A program made the position numbers and the translations under genes. A model generated the notes under the pieces. It was not told the origin of the DNA. It did not search any database and saw only the letters and a program-made list of their open reading frames with translations. A DNA stretch of 64,000 nucleotides. Origin: Patescibacteria group bacterium (GTDB lineage: Bacteria > Patescibacteriota > Patescibacteriia > JAHIZJ01). The DNA lies in assembly GCA_028714495.1 (NCBI GenBank), contig JAQTMH010000003.1, positions 8,496 to 72,495 on the forward strand, written 5' to 3'. Of this stretch, positions 1-8,343 are shown piece by piece. How positions within the stretch are numbered: the first letter of the stretch is position 1; each line of letters starts with the position of its first letter.

Positions 1-146
1 AAGGTTCCGGGCTGGCCCGTGCAAATCGGGCAAATCGTCGTATTGGCTGGCTGGTTTTCGCCGGCATTATCGCAGCCGCAAAACATCTTGCTCTTGGTTT
101 TGAGCTGAACGTGGATTTCAAGCCCAATGACTGGTTCAAGCTTCAT
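1..146 (-). CDS. gatB: Asp-tRNA(Asn)/Glu-tRNA(Gln) amidotransferase subunit B, N-terminal fragment (gene runs off the left edge of the window)
   Basis: The reverse-complement translation from the ATG at 144-146 gives [47 protein letters not shown], which matches the conserved GatB N-terminus (VIGLEVHVQL ... CxC ... CPVC). Its start overlaps the stop of the next gene in an ATGA arrangement. Confidence 0.7.
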   Translation of the reverse strand, partial: MKLEPVIGLEIHVQLKTKSKMFCGCDNAGENQPANTTICPICTGQPGT

Positions 147-781
147 GGTTTATTTTTTTGCCAAATATCCTTTTGCCAAATATCCTTGCCGCGAAGGAAT
201 TGCGAAACTATTTCCAAAATATCTTCGTTGACCTGGGTAATCGTCTGATTGGCATTGACCATTTTCCAGCCGTACATCGAAGCCAGTTTCTGGTGCCAGC
301 GGCGGCAGCGTTCGATTAATATATCATCGTTCTCGTGGATGTGCTTTTTTTCCTTACCGTTAATGAAACGCTCACCGTCGATTAATATCGCCAGGTCTTC
401 ATGCACTAGCGGCTGGTTTATCTCCACCAGCCAGTCCAAATCAGCGCCTTTGGTCGCGCCCCAAGCCAGGCCCGTGCCGATATAATCTTCAGCCACGACT
501 ATCTTCCCTGCCGCCAGCTTCTTTTGCAGAGCTGGTTCGTATTGAAAACGGTTAAGCGTGTACCACATCTGAAATTCATTTTCGTTGATCGGCTGGTCAT
601 CGTGGCTCCGTAAAATCCGATTGATGAACGGGCCAGTCGGCGTAATCCGGTAAACCGGGTATTTGACGTATTCGGTCGGCCAGCTGTTCCGGTTTAAAAA
701 CTCCACCAGCATTTTTGCCTGGGTGGATTTGCCTAGATTATTGACCCCGTAAATCGTTATTAAATATCCATGTCGTTTCAT
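143..781 (-). CDS. thymidylate kinase-like P-loop nucleotide kinase
   Basis: 212-aa ORF with an N-terminal P-loop ([16 protein letters not shown]) and a DRY-like [13 protein letters not shown] segment, as in the dTMP kinase family. It sits in a thymidylate-metabolism neighbourhood. Confidence 0.55.
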   Translation of the reverse strand: MKRHGYLITIYGVNNLGKSTQAKMLVEFLNRNSWPTEYVKYPVYRITPTGPFINRILRSHDDQPINENEFQMWYTLNRFQYEPALQKKLAAGKIVVAEDYIGTGLAWGATKGADLDWLVEINQPLVHEDLAILIDGERFINGKEKKHIHENDDILIERCRRWHQKLASMYGWKMVNANQTITQVNEDILEIVSQFLRGKDIWQKDIWQKNKP

Positions 782-846
782 GACTCTATTGTATCACCTT
801 CTGAAAAATAAAAAAAGCCGTAAATTTGCTTTGTCTTAGGCTTAAA

Positions 847-1281
847 TTAGCGGATAAACAAGTACCAAATGGCGCCCGACAGCACTATGGCCCCCGGATA
901 TAAAACGGGTATGTGGTAAGACCCGACTCTCATCCAGGGATACCACCAAACCTTTTCATGGCGGAAATCTTTGAATTTAAACTTCGGGTTGACCACAAAC
1001 CAGAGAAAATCCTCTACCAAGATTCCCACGAGATAGCCGCAGGCAATGACTGCCAATAGCTTGCCGTCATAGCCATGCGTGATAATCGGCAAAAGCAGAA
1101 ATAGCGGCAGGCAGACCCCAAACAGCATAAAATGATAACCAGTCAGCCTCAAACCAAAAATCTTCCTAACCCAGCCCACCTGCTTTTCCGCGCCACCATG
1201 CTCGCCCTCAATATAGGCCTCCCAGAATGAAATCGAAGCAAAGGCTAATATTATCCAAAAGAAAGTAAGGGTATAGTGCAT
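847..1281 (-). CDS. hypothetical integral membrane protein
   Basis: 144-aa ORF with several hydrophobic helices and no recognisable catalytic motif. Confidence 0.45.
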   Translation of the reverse strand: MHYTLTFFWIILAFASISFWEAYIEGEHGGAEKQVGWVRKIFGLRLTGYHFMLFGVCLPLFLLLPIITHGYDGKLLAVIACGYLVGILVEDFLWFVVNPKFKFKDFRHEKVWWYPWMRVGSYHIPVLYPGAIVLSGAIWYLFIR

Positions 1282-1448
1282 GGCTTTATTATAGCATAAC
1301 TGGTGTGGCTATCAGAGAATTCAAAATTTATAATGTAAATTATTGTATCCGCCTAGGGAGGATTCCTTCATTTTTAATTTTGAATTTTTAATTTCTTCAT
1401 TTGACCCAAATAAAAAAGCCTTCACCCAAATGAGTGAAAGCTGAATCG

Positions 1449-2087
1449 CTAGATTACTCTGATGCCTATGTCCTGATATACCTGGATAAAACAGGAAAGG
1501 CAGACTGGTTCATAGCTGACACCTTTCGTACCCTGAACCAGGAACTGAGGTGAATCTCTCGGCGCGGGCATCCCATCAATCAGTCGGAGAGAACGAGTGG
1601 CTCCTTCTCCGCACCTGATGCAAACAGCATCGCGCAAACGGTAGACCTTTACCTCGGGCATCAGCACAACATCAGCCGTGGTAGTGAATGGACGACCCAT
1701 GTGGTCAGTATCGAGTCCGGCAAAAAACACAGACTTCCCCTGTTGATAAAGTTTCAACAAGGCTCGCCTGAGTCCTCGGCCCCAAAACTGTCCTTCATCG
1801 ACCAGGACAACCTTGGCCGCTCGGACCTTAGGGTGTCGCAGCATGTCGCTCGGTCGCTGGGCATTGATGATCACAATTTCAATCCCTTCCAGCTGCGGAC
1901 CCCCGTGACTGACAATCTGGTCAGTGCCTGCGTCACGAGTATCGCGAGACGGCCGAAGCCAGACAAACGGGATATCCTGACCATGCTGTCTCATTCGGAT
2001 AATCTGCCGCGCCACAGCACACAGCTTTTCGGTCTTACCCGAGCACATCGGACCGATAAACGCCAAAATCCTCTTCTCCCAGAGCAT
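1449..2087 (-). CDS. tdk: thymidine kinase
   Basis: P-loop IGPMCSGKT, a VLVDEGQF Walker B-like segment and a C-terminal zinc ribbon (CIRCG ... CLSC). The likely start is the second ATG (MLWEK), which is preceded by GAGGAGGG. Confidence 0.9.
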   Translation of the reverse strand: MLWEKRILAFIGPMCSGKTEKLCAVARQIIRMRQHGQDIPFVWLRPSRDTRDAGTDQIVSHGGPQLEGIEIVIINAQRPSDMLRHPKVRAAKVVLVDEGQFWGRGLRRALLKLYQQGKSVFFAGLDTDHMGRPFTTTADVVLMPEVKVYRLRDAVCIRCGEGATRSLRLIDGMPAPRDSPQFLVQGTKGVSYEPVCLSCFIQVYQDIGIRVI

Positions 2088-2383
2088 AATGGTTGACCCT
2101 CCTCTATTTGCCATTTGGTAATGTACGGTTTTCCTCCGCCTAGATTTTAGTTTCGAAGACTTCGACTGTCAATGTTAATAAGTATGACATCAGAATAATC
2201 AATGGTTACTCGATTGGTTGACAATTTGAATCATTTGTGATAAGTTATTTTATCAGTATAATTTGGCACTTTGATATTTCATCTCAACGGCGATATGGCT
2301 AGAATTTGTTGATTCCCGCTTTGTCGCTGTTGAGATAGATGAACTAGTCAATTGTCGGTAAGTAGTCAACCAAGGAGGTTGGG

Positions 2384-3151
2384 ATGTTCATCGGTTACAA
2401 TGATCACGAAGTCTGCGCCACGCCCCTGGGTGGATCGATCATCAGCTGGGACTGTGGCGGCATGGGTGTTCTTGGGCCGGTCTGCCAGAAAATGGTGGAG
2501 ACTCCCACGCCAAGCGGTTTCACTTTCAAACGGCGCGGACTGTCGCACTGGTGCTTCCCCAATTTTGGTTCGGTGCCGAACAAGGCGGGATTATTGGGCC
2601 TACCCAAGCATGGCGTTTTACGTGACACTCTGCTTTTGCCCAGCCAGATTCGTGGGCAACGGATGGAATTCTGGAACCACATCGAGCTGGGCGGAGTGCC
2701 TGACATCAGCGTGGGAATTTCCTTGACCATCGGCCACCACGGTCCCAATAACGGTTCAGCCCGTCTCAACCTGACCCTGATGGCTTATGTACAGCAAGAC
2801 GACGGGGAACCGATCAGACTTCCCATTCTTCCGGCCTGGCATCCCTACTTTGCCGGTCCTGCCACTGTTACCATCGGCGGTCATAAGATCGAGGTCGGTC
2901 CTGACCCGGCAATTATCGAACGAGCCGATACAATCACTATTGTTCTGAAGGATCGGGGCAGGGTTACAATGATCCCTTCATTCAGCTGCCACTGGTTGGT
3001 TGTCTGGAGCGACGACCCAGCCAAGTATGTCTGTGTCGAGCCAGTCTTCGGCGGACGTCCAGGTACCTTCGGTACCGACGAGCAGGAGACTTTCCTCGAG
3101 CCCGACAAACCGTTTACCTGTTTCGTGAACACGATCTTTACTCCCTTCTAG
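2384..3151 (+). CDS. aldose 1-epimerase-like (galactose mutarotase fold) protein
   Basis: 255-aa ORF with a strong SD (AAGGAGG) 6 nt upstream. An HG(V)LRD-type segment and the overall length fit the small YeaD-like mutarotase family. The region is GC-richer than its surroundings. Confidence 0.45.
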   Translation: MFIGYNDHEVCATPLGGSIISWDCGGMGVLGPVCQKMVETPTPSGFTFKRRGLSHWCFPNFGSVPNKAGLLGLPKHGVLRDTLLLPSQIRGQRMEFWNHIELGGVPDISVGISLTIGHHGPNNGSARLNLTLMAYVQQDDGEPIRLPILPAWHPYFAGPATVTIGGHKIEVGPDPAIIERADTITIVLKDRGRVTMIPSFSCHWLVVWSDDPAKYVCVEPVFGGRPGTFGTDEQETFLEPDKPFTCFVNTIFTPF

Positions 3152-3174
3152 CCGGAACTTCCGGCAGCAATCTG

Positions 3175-3217
3175 CCCCGCAGCGTTAGTACCAACTTTCG
3201 CCGCGGGGTTTTCTTTT
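3175..3217 (+). terminator. intrinsic terminator downstream of the epimerase-like gene
   Basis: GC-rich stem CCCCGCAGCG ... CGCCGCGGGG followed by TTTTCTTTT. Confidence 0.55.
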
Positions 3218-3319
3218 ATTGACAAATATCGAAACAGGTATAATGTATAACTGCTTCAGTGGATACATTGAAGCTGTCCTTCACACCCGATAGGGCCCTG
3301 GATGCAGGAGGAGATTCTT

Positions 3320-3748
3320 ATGAGAAGCATGCTTGATGTACAGCAGATCTTGGATGGTTCGGACAAGATCAACCGGATGAAACGGCAAATCGGACTGATC
3401 CTTTCCATGGTTTCCGGTTTTCTTGATTGCCAGACCAAAGGAAGCAGTGTCACCCCTCTCATTCAAGTGATTTTCACGTTTACCGACCAAAACGGCTATC
3501 TCTGGCAAGCGAGGTTCGCGAATAGGGGGGACCGGGGCGTGCGCTTCGAGGTTGAAATCTCGAAATGCAGCATTCTCCTTTATAACGCCCGCCGTGGAAG
3601 CGACTGTATCCCGCTCGAACACGTTGAGAAGATACACGAAGGTCTTCCCTCTTTTCTCGACCAAGTCGACAATAAATTCCCTGAGCTAAGAGATGTTCTC
3701 GATTTCCTGGCTGGAGTTGGATCGAGAACTAAATCACTCGCGTCCTGA
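3320..3748 (+). CDS. hypothetical protein
   Basis: ORF on the plus strand. The second in-frame ATG (MRSML) is preceded by AGGAGG. No family was recognised. Confidence 0.4.
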   Translation: MRSMLDVQQILDGSDKINRMKRQIGLILSMVSGFLDCQTKGSSVTPLIQVIFTFTDQNGYLWQARFANRGDRGVRFEVEISKCSILLYNARRGSDCIPLEHVEKIHEGLPSFLDQVDNKFPELRDVLDFLAGVGSRTKSLAS

Positions 3749-3837
3749 TCTTTCCCCGAGCCGCCCCCAAACGGCTCTTTTTTATTATTATATAATTCTT
3801 GGTTTGTTTAAGTATTACAGCAATAAAAAAGGGAGGT

Positions 3838-4030
3838 GATGGCTGCGCACATCACCTCATCTGTGCATGACGCTCTCATAAGAGACACCCAGAGCCGCAG
3901 CGGGTGCCTGACCCCTGGTGAGCGCTCACCTCACCTAAGGGTAAGCCTTCCCTGGTCAGAGCGTCCAAACCATCTCGGCTCTCAAGGAAGCCTCCATGGT
4001 TCACTGCGGCCCCTATTAGCCGCAGTGGTA
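3838..4030 (+). ncRNA. candidate structured ncRNA, possibly SRP RNA (4.5S-like) or alternatively 6S RNA
   Basis: A roughly 190-nt GC-rich block (about 58% GC) in AT-rich intergenic DNA. It contains CCUGGUCAG ... AAGGAAGC, which resembles the SRP RNA helix 8 motif (GGUCAG ... GGAAGGAAGC), a 9-bp hairpin at its 5' end and a perfect GGTGAGCGCTCACC palindrome. The overlapping 68-aa ORF is S/R/P/H-rich and not protein-like. Confidence 0.35.
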
Positions 4031-4181
4031 TTATTATGTTAAATAAGTATTTTATATTTGTCAATTTAATTAGCAGAACTCTATTCCAGTATATAACAAA
4101 AAAGAATCCATTATTGATATCGATGGAAAAATAGTAGTAGCAAGAAAACGGCTCATACAGCCGTTTTCTTGTATGAATTTA

Positions 4182-5930
4182 CTAATTTACTTTTTTATTA
4201 TCTTTGGCGATTTTCTCATCCAATTCCCTCTCCTTCACCCTCTGCTTCGCCTCTGAATCCGCCCTGGCCCAGTCATATTGATTGTAGTCGACGAATTTCA
4301 TATGGTCGGCGCGCCAGTCAGATCGCTCCTGGATCTTTCTATGGAGTTCTTGGCAGACTTTGCGATAGGCAGGATGTCCCTGGGGGCCGGTTCGCAGTTC
4401 CAGCAGATGATAAGCTTCGCGCTCGTTGAAAGCCAGAAGCCAGCGGACTTTTGAGCCGTGAAGAGTGGCGTAAGACGCTTCGCTCGGAAAGTCAGGATAT
4501 AGCCTGTTATAAAGCTCCATTGATTTCTCATGGCAAGCTTTTATTTTATCTTCAAAACCGGCTTTGATAATATCTGGAGGCATGGTAAATCCCAGCAGAG
4601 GTGAAAAACGCTGCTTGAGCTGGGAAGTCATCCGGTGACGCATCACGTCTTTATAAACTCCAAAATCCGTGACCAGGTCAAAGGTGTAGGGGTAACCGGC
4701 TTCAAAAGCTCGATATGGCCGATCCCGCCGAGTTTTTCTTTCGCCAATATAAGTATTGATTATCTTTTCTCGGCTTTCAACCGGAAGTTTTTCGACAATC
4801 TTGATTAATTGCTTCAAAGGGTGCCGGCAATAGGCATAAAGCATCATTGCCAAAGTGACATTGTCAAAACGGTCTTGCATAATCGATTTAACTTTGTCGA
4901 GAGTGATATATCCCTGGCTCAGCTTGTGGGCAATGTAATTCTCGCCGAAATCAAGAAGCGAAATATTCTCATCAGCCATCGGCTCTGTGTCTTTCAGCAA
5001 TTCAACAGCTAGGGCGTACATATTTTTCTCGATTGACGATTGATATTCATTTGCCTTGGCTCGGCGGACATAGGCTGGGATGATCTTGGCCAGTTCAAGA
5101 GCCGCTGATTTTCCAATTGTTTGGGCTTCGGGAAAAGGACTGCTCAGTAGCGCGCTGATAAATCCTTGATAAAATCTCCCATTGCCAAACCAGCCGACAT
5201 TCGTTTTCGTTGATAAAGGTAAAATGTAACGTAGCGTATCACAAGCTCTGGTACGAATATCCATCTGGTAAGTCGTTTTAAATGCCTTTTGATCGACCGG
5301 GTCAGTCAAATCATCGTAGCGTTGTTTTACTTTCGTGCCTTTGATGTCGTATTCAGCCTGCTTCAACGGCTTCAACTTCTGATAATATTTCTTCATCGGT
5401 TCAATCAATTCGCAATAGGTCTGAAAGAAAAAATCCATTGTCTCAATGTACGCCTGCCCATGCTTCGAGGCCACGATATTCGGGTCTCGGTAGTAGCGAT
5501 AATTCCCCGCCTCATCCTTTTGGTCGTAAAAAACATACCGCGTAGATTGCTCAATCGGCGAGCCCCCGATCCGGCATTCCTCCATCTCCTTAGTGGCTAT
5601 TATTGTAACATTCTCGGTTGAGAGGTGTGTGCCCTCCAGTTCGCCCACAGAATCGTCCCCAAACGCTATTAAAACGCGCTGGATGAGCTCTGCGGCGTGT
5701 TTGGGATCTACCACACCCTCTTTGATGAATTCCTTCAGCAGGGTCTCGCGAAAGCCCCCCCTGGCCCGGCTATATCGAGCATAGGCCGCGCCGACCATTC
5801 CCTGCATTCCGGTTACGCAAAAAACATCGCCGGTTGGATCGGTTACGTATTTCTTTAAGAGTTCGATTTCTTCGGGTGTGAATATCGGCATATATTTATC
5901 TTCCAGTGCTGCCAAATCCTCCTTGGCCAC
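4182..5930 (-). CDS. thyX: flavin-dependent thymidylate synthase ThyX, long (tandem-like) form
   Basis: Carries the ThyX signature RHR(x7)S (VMRHRMTSQ). At 582 aa it is about twice the canonical ThyX length, as in the long chlamydial-type ThyX. The track start is a GTG that overlaps the dut stop; an ATG (MPIFTPEE) 13 codons downstream is an alternative start. Confidence 0.65.
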   Translation of the reverse strand: MAKEDLAALEDKYMPIFTPEEIELLKKYVTDPTGDVFCVTGMQGMVGAAYARYSRARGGFRETLLKEFIKEGVVDPKHAAELIQRVLIAFGDDSVGELEGTHLSTENVTIIATKEMEECRIGGSPIEQSTRYVFYDQKDEAGNYRYYRDPNIVASKHGQAYIETMDFFFQTYCELIEPMKKYYQKLKPLKQAEYDIKGTKVKQRYDDLTDPVDQKAFKTTYQMDIRTRACDTLRYILPLSTKTNVGWFGNGRFYQGFISALLSSPFPEAQTIGKSAALELAKIIPAYVRRAKANEYQSSIEKNMYALAVELLKDTEPMADENISLLDFGENYIAHKLSQGYITLDKVKSIMQDRFDNVTLAMMLYAYCRHPLKQLIKIVEKLPVESREKIINTYIGERKTRRDRPYRAFEAGYPYTFDLVTDFGVYKDVMRHRMTSQLKQRFSPLLGFTMPPDIIKAGFEDKIKACHEKSMELYNRLYPDFPSEASYATLHGSKVRWLLAFNEREAYHLLELRTGPQGHPAYRKVCQELHRKIQERSDWRADHMKFVDYNQYDWARADSEAKQRVKERELDEKIAKDNKKVN

Positions 5931-6321
5931 GCTCGGTATCGCTTAATTTTTCGACTTCGACAATTTTAGCCTGTTCAACCGGCTGGACAAGCAGTTGCGC
6001 GATCTTATCGCCTTTTTTTATTTCCTGAGGGTTTTCGCCCGTGTTGAGGAGTACGATCATCAGTTCGCCGCGATAGCCCGAATCAAGCACGCCGCTAAGG
6101 CAATGGATCCCCTTTTTTGAAGCCAGCCCGCTCTTGTCCCAGACCAGTCCGACATAACCATTAGGAAGTTCCAGCGCGATACCCACGGGAAATGTGCGAC
6201 GCTCTGATGGCTTGATGGTGTAGTTTTCACAGCTAAACAAATCCAAGCCGGCATCTCCAGGAAAAGCGTATTCTGGCAATCTCGCCTCTGAATTCAACCT
6301 TTTTATTTTCACGCTTAGCAT
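5896..6321 (-). CDS. dut: dUTP diphosphatase
   Basis: Classic dUTPase motifs: GDAGLDL, GYRGE and a C-terminal GGFGSTG. Confidence 0.95.
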   Translation of the reverse strand: MLSVKIKRLNSEARLPEYAFPGDAGLDLFSCENYTIKPSERRTFPVGIALELPNGYVGLVWDKSGLASKKGIHCLSGVLDSGYRGELMIVLLNTGENPQEIKKGDKIAQLLVQPVEQAKIVEVEKLSDTERGQGGFGSTGR

Positions 6322-6394
6322 AGATATATATTAACGGATAAACAAAATCAGAGCAAATTTAAGAGATTTTGTAGTAAATGATAATGCGAACACT

Positions 6395-6420
6395 GCTATC
6401 ATGCTATATAGCATGATAGC
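6395..6420. promoter_or_regulatory. perfect 26-bp palindrome (candidate operator) in the dut-thyX upstream region
   Basis: GCTATCATGCTATATAGCATGATAGC is exactly self-complementary. It lies between the dut start and the stop of the TrpR-like gene. Confidence 0.5.
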
Positions 6421-6431
6421 ACGCGTCTGCT

Positions 6432-6743
6432 CTATTTTTTTATTGTTTTTAACGCTGTCTCATAACCGCCTCTGCCAAAATTTAACCAGCGGTCCACCCG
6501 TGAAATTGTCGGAAATCCTGCTTTTAGCTTCTCCCGGATTTCACGGTGGCTTTTACCACTGATTAGCATATCAGCAATGAGCAGTCGCCTAATTAGCATG
6601 ATTCTCTCCTGTCGGTTCAAGAGGTCTTTCAGGAAATTGCGAATGTCTGATTTTGTTTTCAATCTGGCCAACGTCTCGCAGAAATGATCCATCAACCGAT
6701 CCTGCAGTTTATAAGGAATCTTATTGGCATTGTAGCGTGCCAT
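6432..6743 (-). CDS. TrpR/YerC-YecD family putative DNA-binding protein
   Basis: About 104 aa from the MARYNANK start. A helix-turn-helix-like region (LISGKSHREIREKLKAGFPTISRV) fits the Trp repressor-like YerC family. Confidence 0.55.
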   Translation of the reverse strand: MARYNANKIPYKLQDRLMDHFCETLARLKTKSDIRNFLKDLLNRQERIMLIRRLLIADMLISGKSHREIREKLKAGFPTISRVDRWLNFGRGGYETALKTIKK

Positions 6744-6767
6744 AAATACTCCACGGCAAATCCCCCT

Positions 6768-6840
6768 GCTATCATGGCTACCCAGCACTGAGTCTGGTGC
6801 TGGGCTATATAGCATGAAACGTATACCAAATATAGCATTA
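6768..6840. promoter_or_regulatory. cluster of operator half-site repeats plus a hairpin upstream of the TrpR-like gene
   Basis: GCTATCATGGCTA (left half of the palindrome), then the hairpin CCCAGCAC ... GTGCTGGG, then CTATATAGCATGA and AATATAGCATTA. The TATAGCATGA half-site recurs. Confidence 0.35.
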
Positions 6841-8343
6841 TTTAATTATTCTCACAATTCCTTTGGTGGCATCCACCTCTACCATATCCCCGTCCTTCAG
6901 TACCCGCATGGCAAACCGCGTGCCGACGACACACGGGATTTTCAGCTCGCGTGCGATTATCGCGGCGTGCGAGGTTAGACCGCCTTCGTCCGTAATGATT
7001 CCCGCTGCCCGATGCATAAGTGGAACAAAATCAGGCCGCGTCATATACGTCAGCAGTATTTCGCCTGGCCGAAGATTCTTACCATGAATGGAAGGGGTTT
7101 CGATTTTTCTTATCCTCCCGCGAATACGGCCCGGGGATGCGGCAATGCCGGAAAAAACCGTGGTTTGAGTCGGCAGATTTAGACCAGCAATCCGCCGCCA
7201 GCAGGCCTCATACCGACGGCCGCTCATCATAATTTCCTGCCCGTCGACAAAAGTTATATAGGCACAACCGCTAATGCGCCGTTGGAGTTCAGGGCGCAAC
7301 ACTTTTTTCCCTCGATACGCCCTAAACAGTTCATGCGGCGTCAGATGCCATATTTCCGATACTGTATAACCGAGTTCCTTCGCAAACAGCTTAATAAATT
7401 TCTGACACCAGTAGTTGGCAATGAGATTCGCCTGCTTCCGCTCATCCTGCCAATGTCCGGCCCAGCCGACTGACTTTAATGCCCGCATCTCATAAGAAGT
7501 AAGGCTAGTGCGGCGGCTGGCCTTAAATTGTGTTTTTGCCAGCGACAACCGATAATTACGTAGCTCCTGCCGGCGCTGATTTTTCTTTCCGGACGTCATT
7601 TTAGTCAGCGCAAGCAACTTGTTATAAAAATATTCAAGGCTTAGCGGAACCGTGTCCCGATAATTGAACTGAACCCAGAAATACCGGCGCTGGATTCGCT
7701 CAAGGTCGCGATAGGCCTCCGGCCGGCGACGCTGAAATTCGGCCAAGCGAGTCGGCAACCGTTTCTGGCCGAGCGATTTTTCCAATTGCAATAGATCGAG
7801 TTCTAATCGTTGAAGAAACGACAGTTTTGGAGGCTGAGTAAAAACGATAATATCATCATCAAGCCTTTTGTATCCCGCATATTTCCTTTTCAGCTCGCGG
7901 ACAAATTTATCTCCACCGAGCGAATAATACTCAGTGATCAATGGCAAACTGTATTCATCTAGATACAGCCGATAAAAACGCTGGAATTCCTTGAGCGGCT
8001 GCCGCGAAATGTCCGTCTTTTCTAATCGTTCTATCTCCTGGTAGAAACGCCGTTTGAAAACTAGCCAGCGCCGAAAAACACGCTGGACATAATCCTTATT
8101 TTTGAAACACCAGTAGCCTTTACCCTCAAATTCATCCTCGTCGTAGATCCAGTACGATTTCAGACCATTCTGCGTGGAGACGACAACGATTTTTTCAGCG
8201 GCTAATTTCGGAAATTGCCGGCGGAGCACGTAGGTGATCGCTTGTCCGGGAATGATCGCCGTAAACGGCACAAAGACCCCGCCCTGGATCACCCAGTGCG
8301 TGGTACCCGAAAATAATCTTTTTTCCGCTTTGGCAATGTTCAT
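6838..8343 (-). CDS. PEP-utilising enzyme mobile (phosphohistidine swivel) domain protein, paralog 1
   Basis: The C-terminus reads ITDEGGLTSHAAIIARELKIPCVVG (PF00391-like, catalytic His). The roughly 400-aa N-terminal region is helical and of unknown function. There is no ATP-grasp domain and no PEP-binding TIM barrel. Confidence 0.8.
   Translation of the reverse strand: MNIAKAEKRLFSGTTHWVIQGGVFVPFTAIIPGQAITYVLRRQFPKLAAEKIVVVSTQNGLKSYWIYDEDEFEGKGYWCFKNKDYVQRVFRRWLVFKRRFYQEIERLEKTDISRQPLKEFQRFYRLYLDEYSLPLITEYYSLGGDKFVRELKRKYAGYKRLDDDIIVFTQPPKLSFLQRLELDLLQLEKSLGQKRLPTRLAEFQRRRPEAYRDLERIQRRYFWVQFNYRDTVPLSLEYFYNKLLALTKMTSGKKNQRRQELRNYRLSLAKTQFKASRRTSLTSYEMRALKSVGWAGHWQDERKQANLIANYWCQKFIKLFAKELGYTVSEIWHLTPHELFRAYRGKKVLRPELQRRISGCAYITFVDGQEIMMSGRRYEACWRRIAGLNLPTQTTVFSGIAASPGRIRGRIRKIETPSIHGKNLRPGEILLTYMTRPDFVPLMHRAAGIITDEGGLTSHAAIIARELKIPCVVGTRFAMRVLKDGDMVEVDATKGIVRIIK

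Noticed and set aside
2352-2769. Plus- and minus-strand ORFs overlapping the epimerase-like gene (2352..2726, 2404..2769) and similar antisense ORFs inside pheT, gyrB, atp genes and elsewhere
   Set aside because: They lie antisense to or out of frame with well-supported genes and have no motifs, so they are shadow ORFs.
3836-4042. 68-aa ORF with an SD-like sequence upstream
   Set aside because: The peptide is S/R/P/H/L-rich with no hydrophobic core, typical of GC-rich noncoding sequence. The region is better explained as a structured RNA.
4182-5930. ThyA-type thymidylate synthase or a two-gene fusion artefact for the 582-aa ORF
   Set aside because: The RHRx7S motif is specific to ThyX. The reading frame is continuous with no internal stop or obvious frameshift. 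Long ThyX forms are known, so I kept it as a single gene while flagging the start-codon ambiguity.
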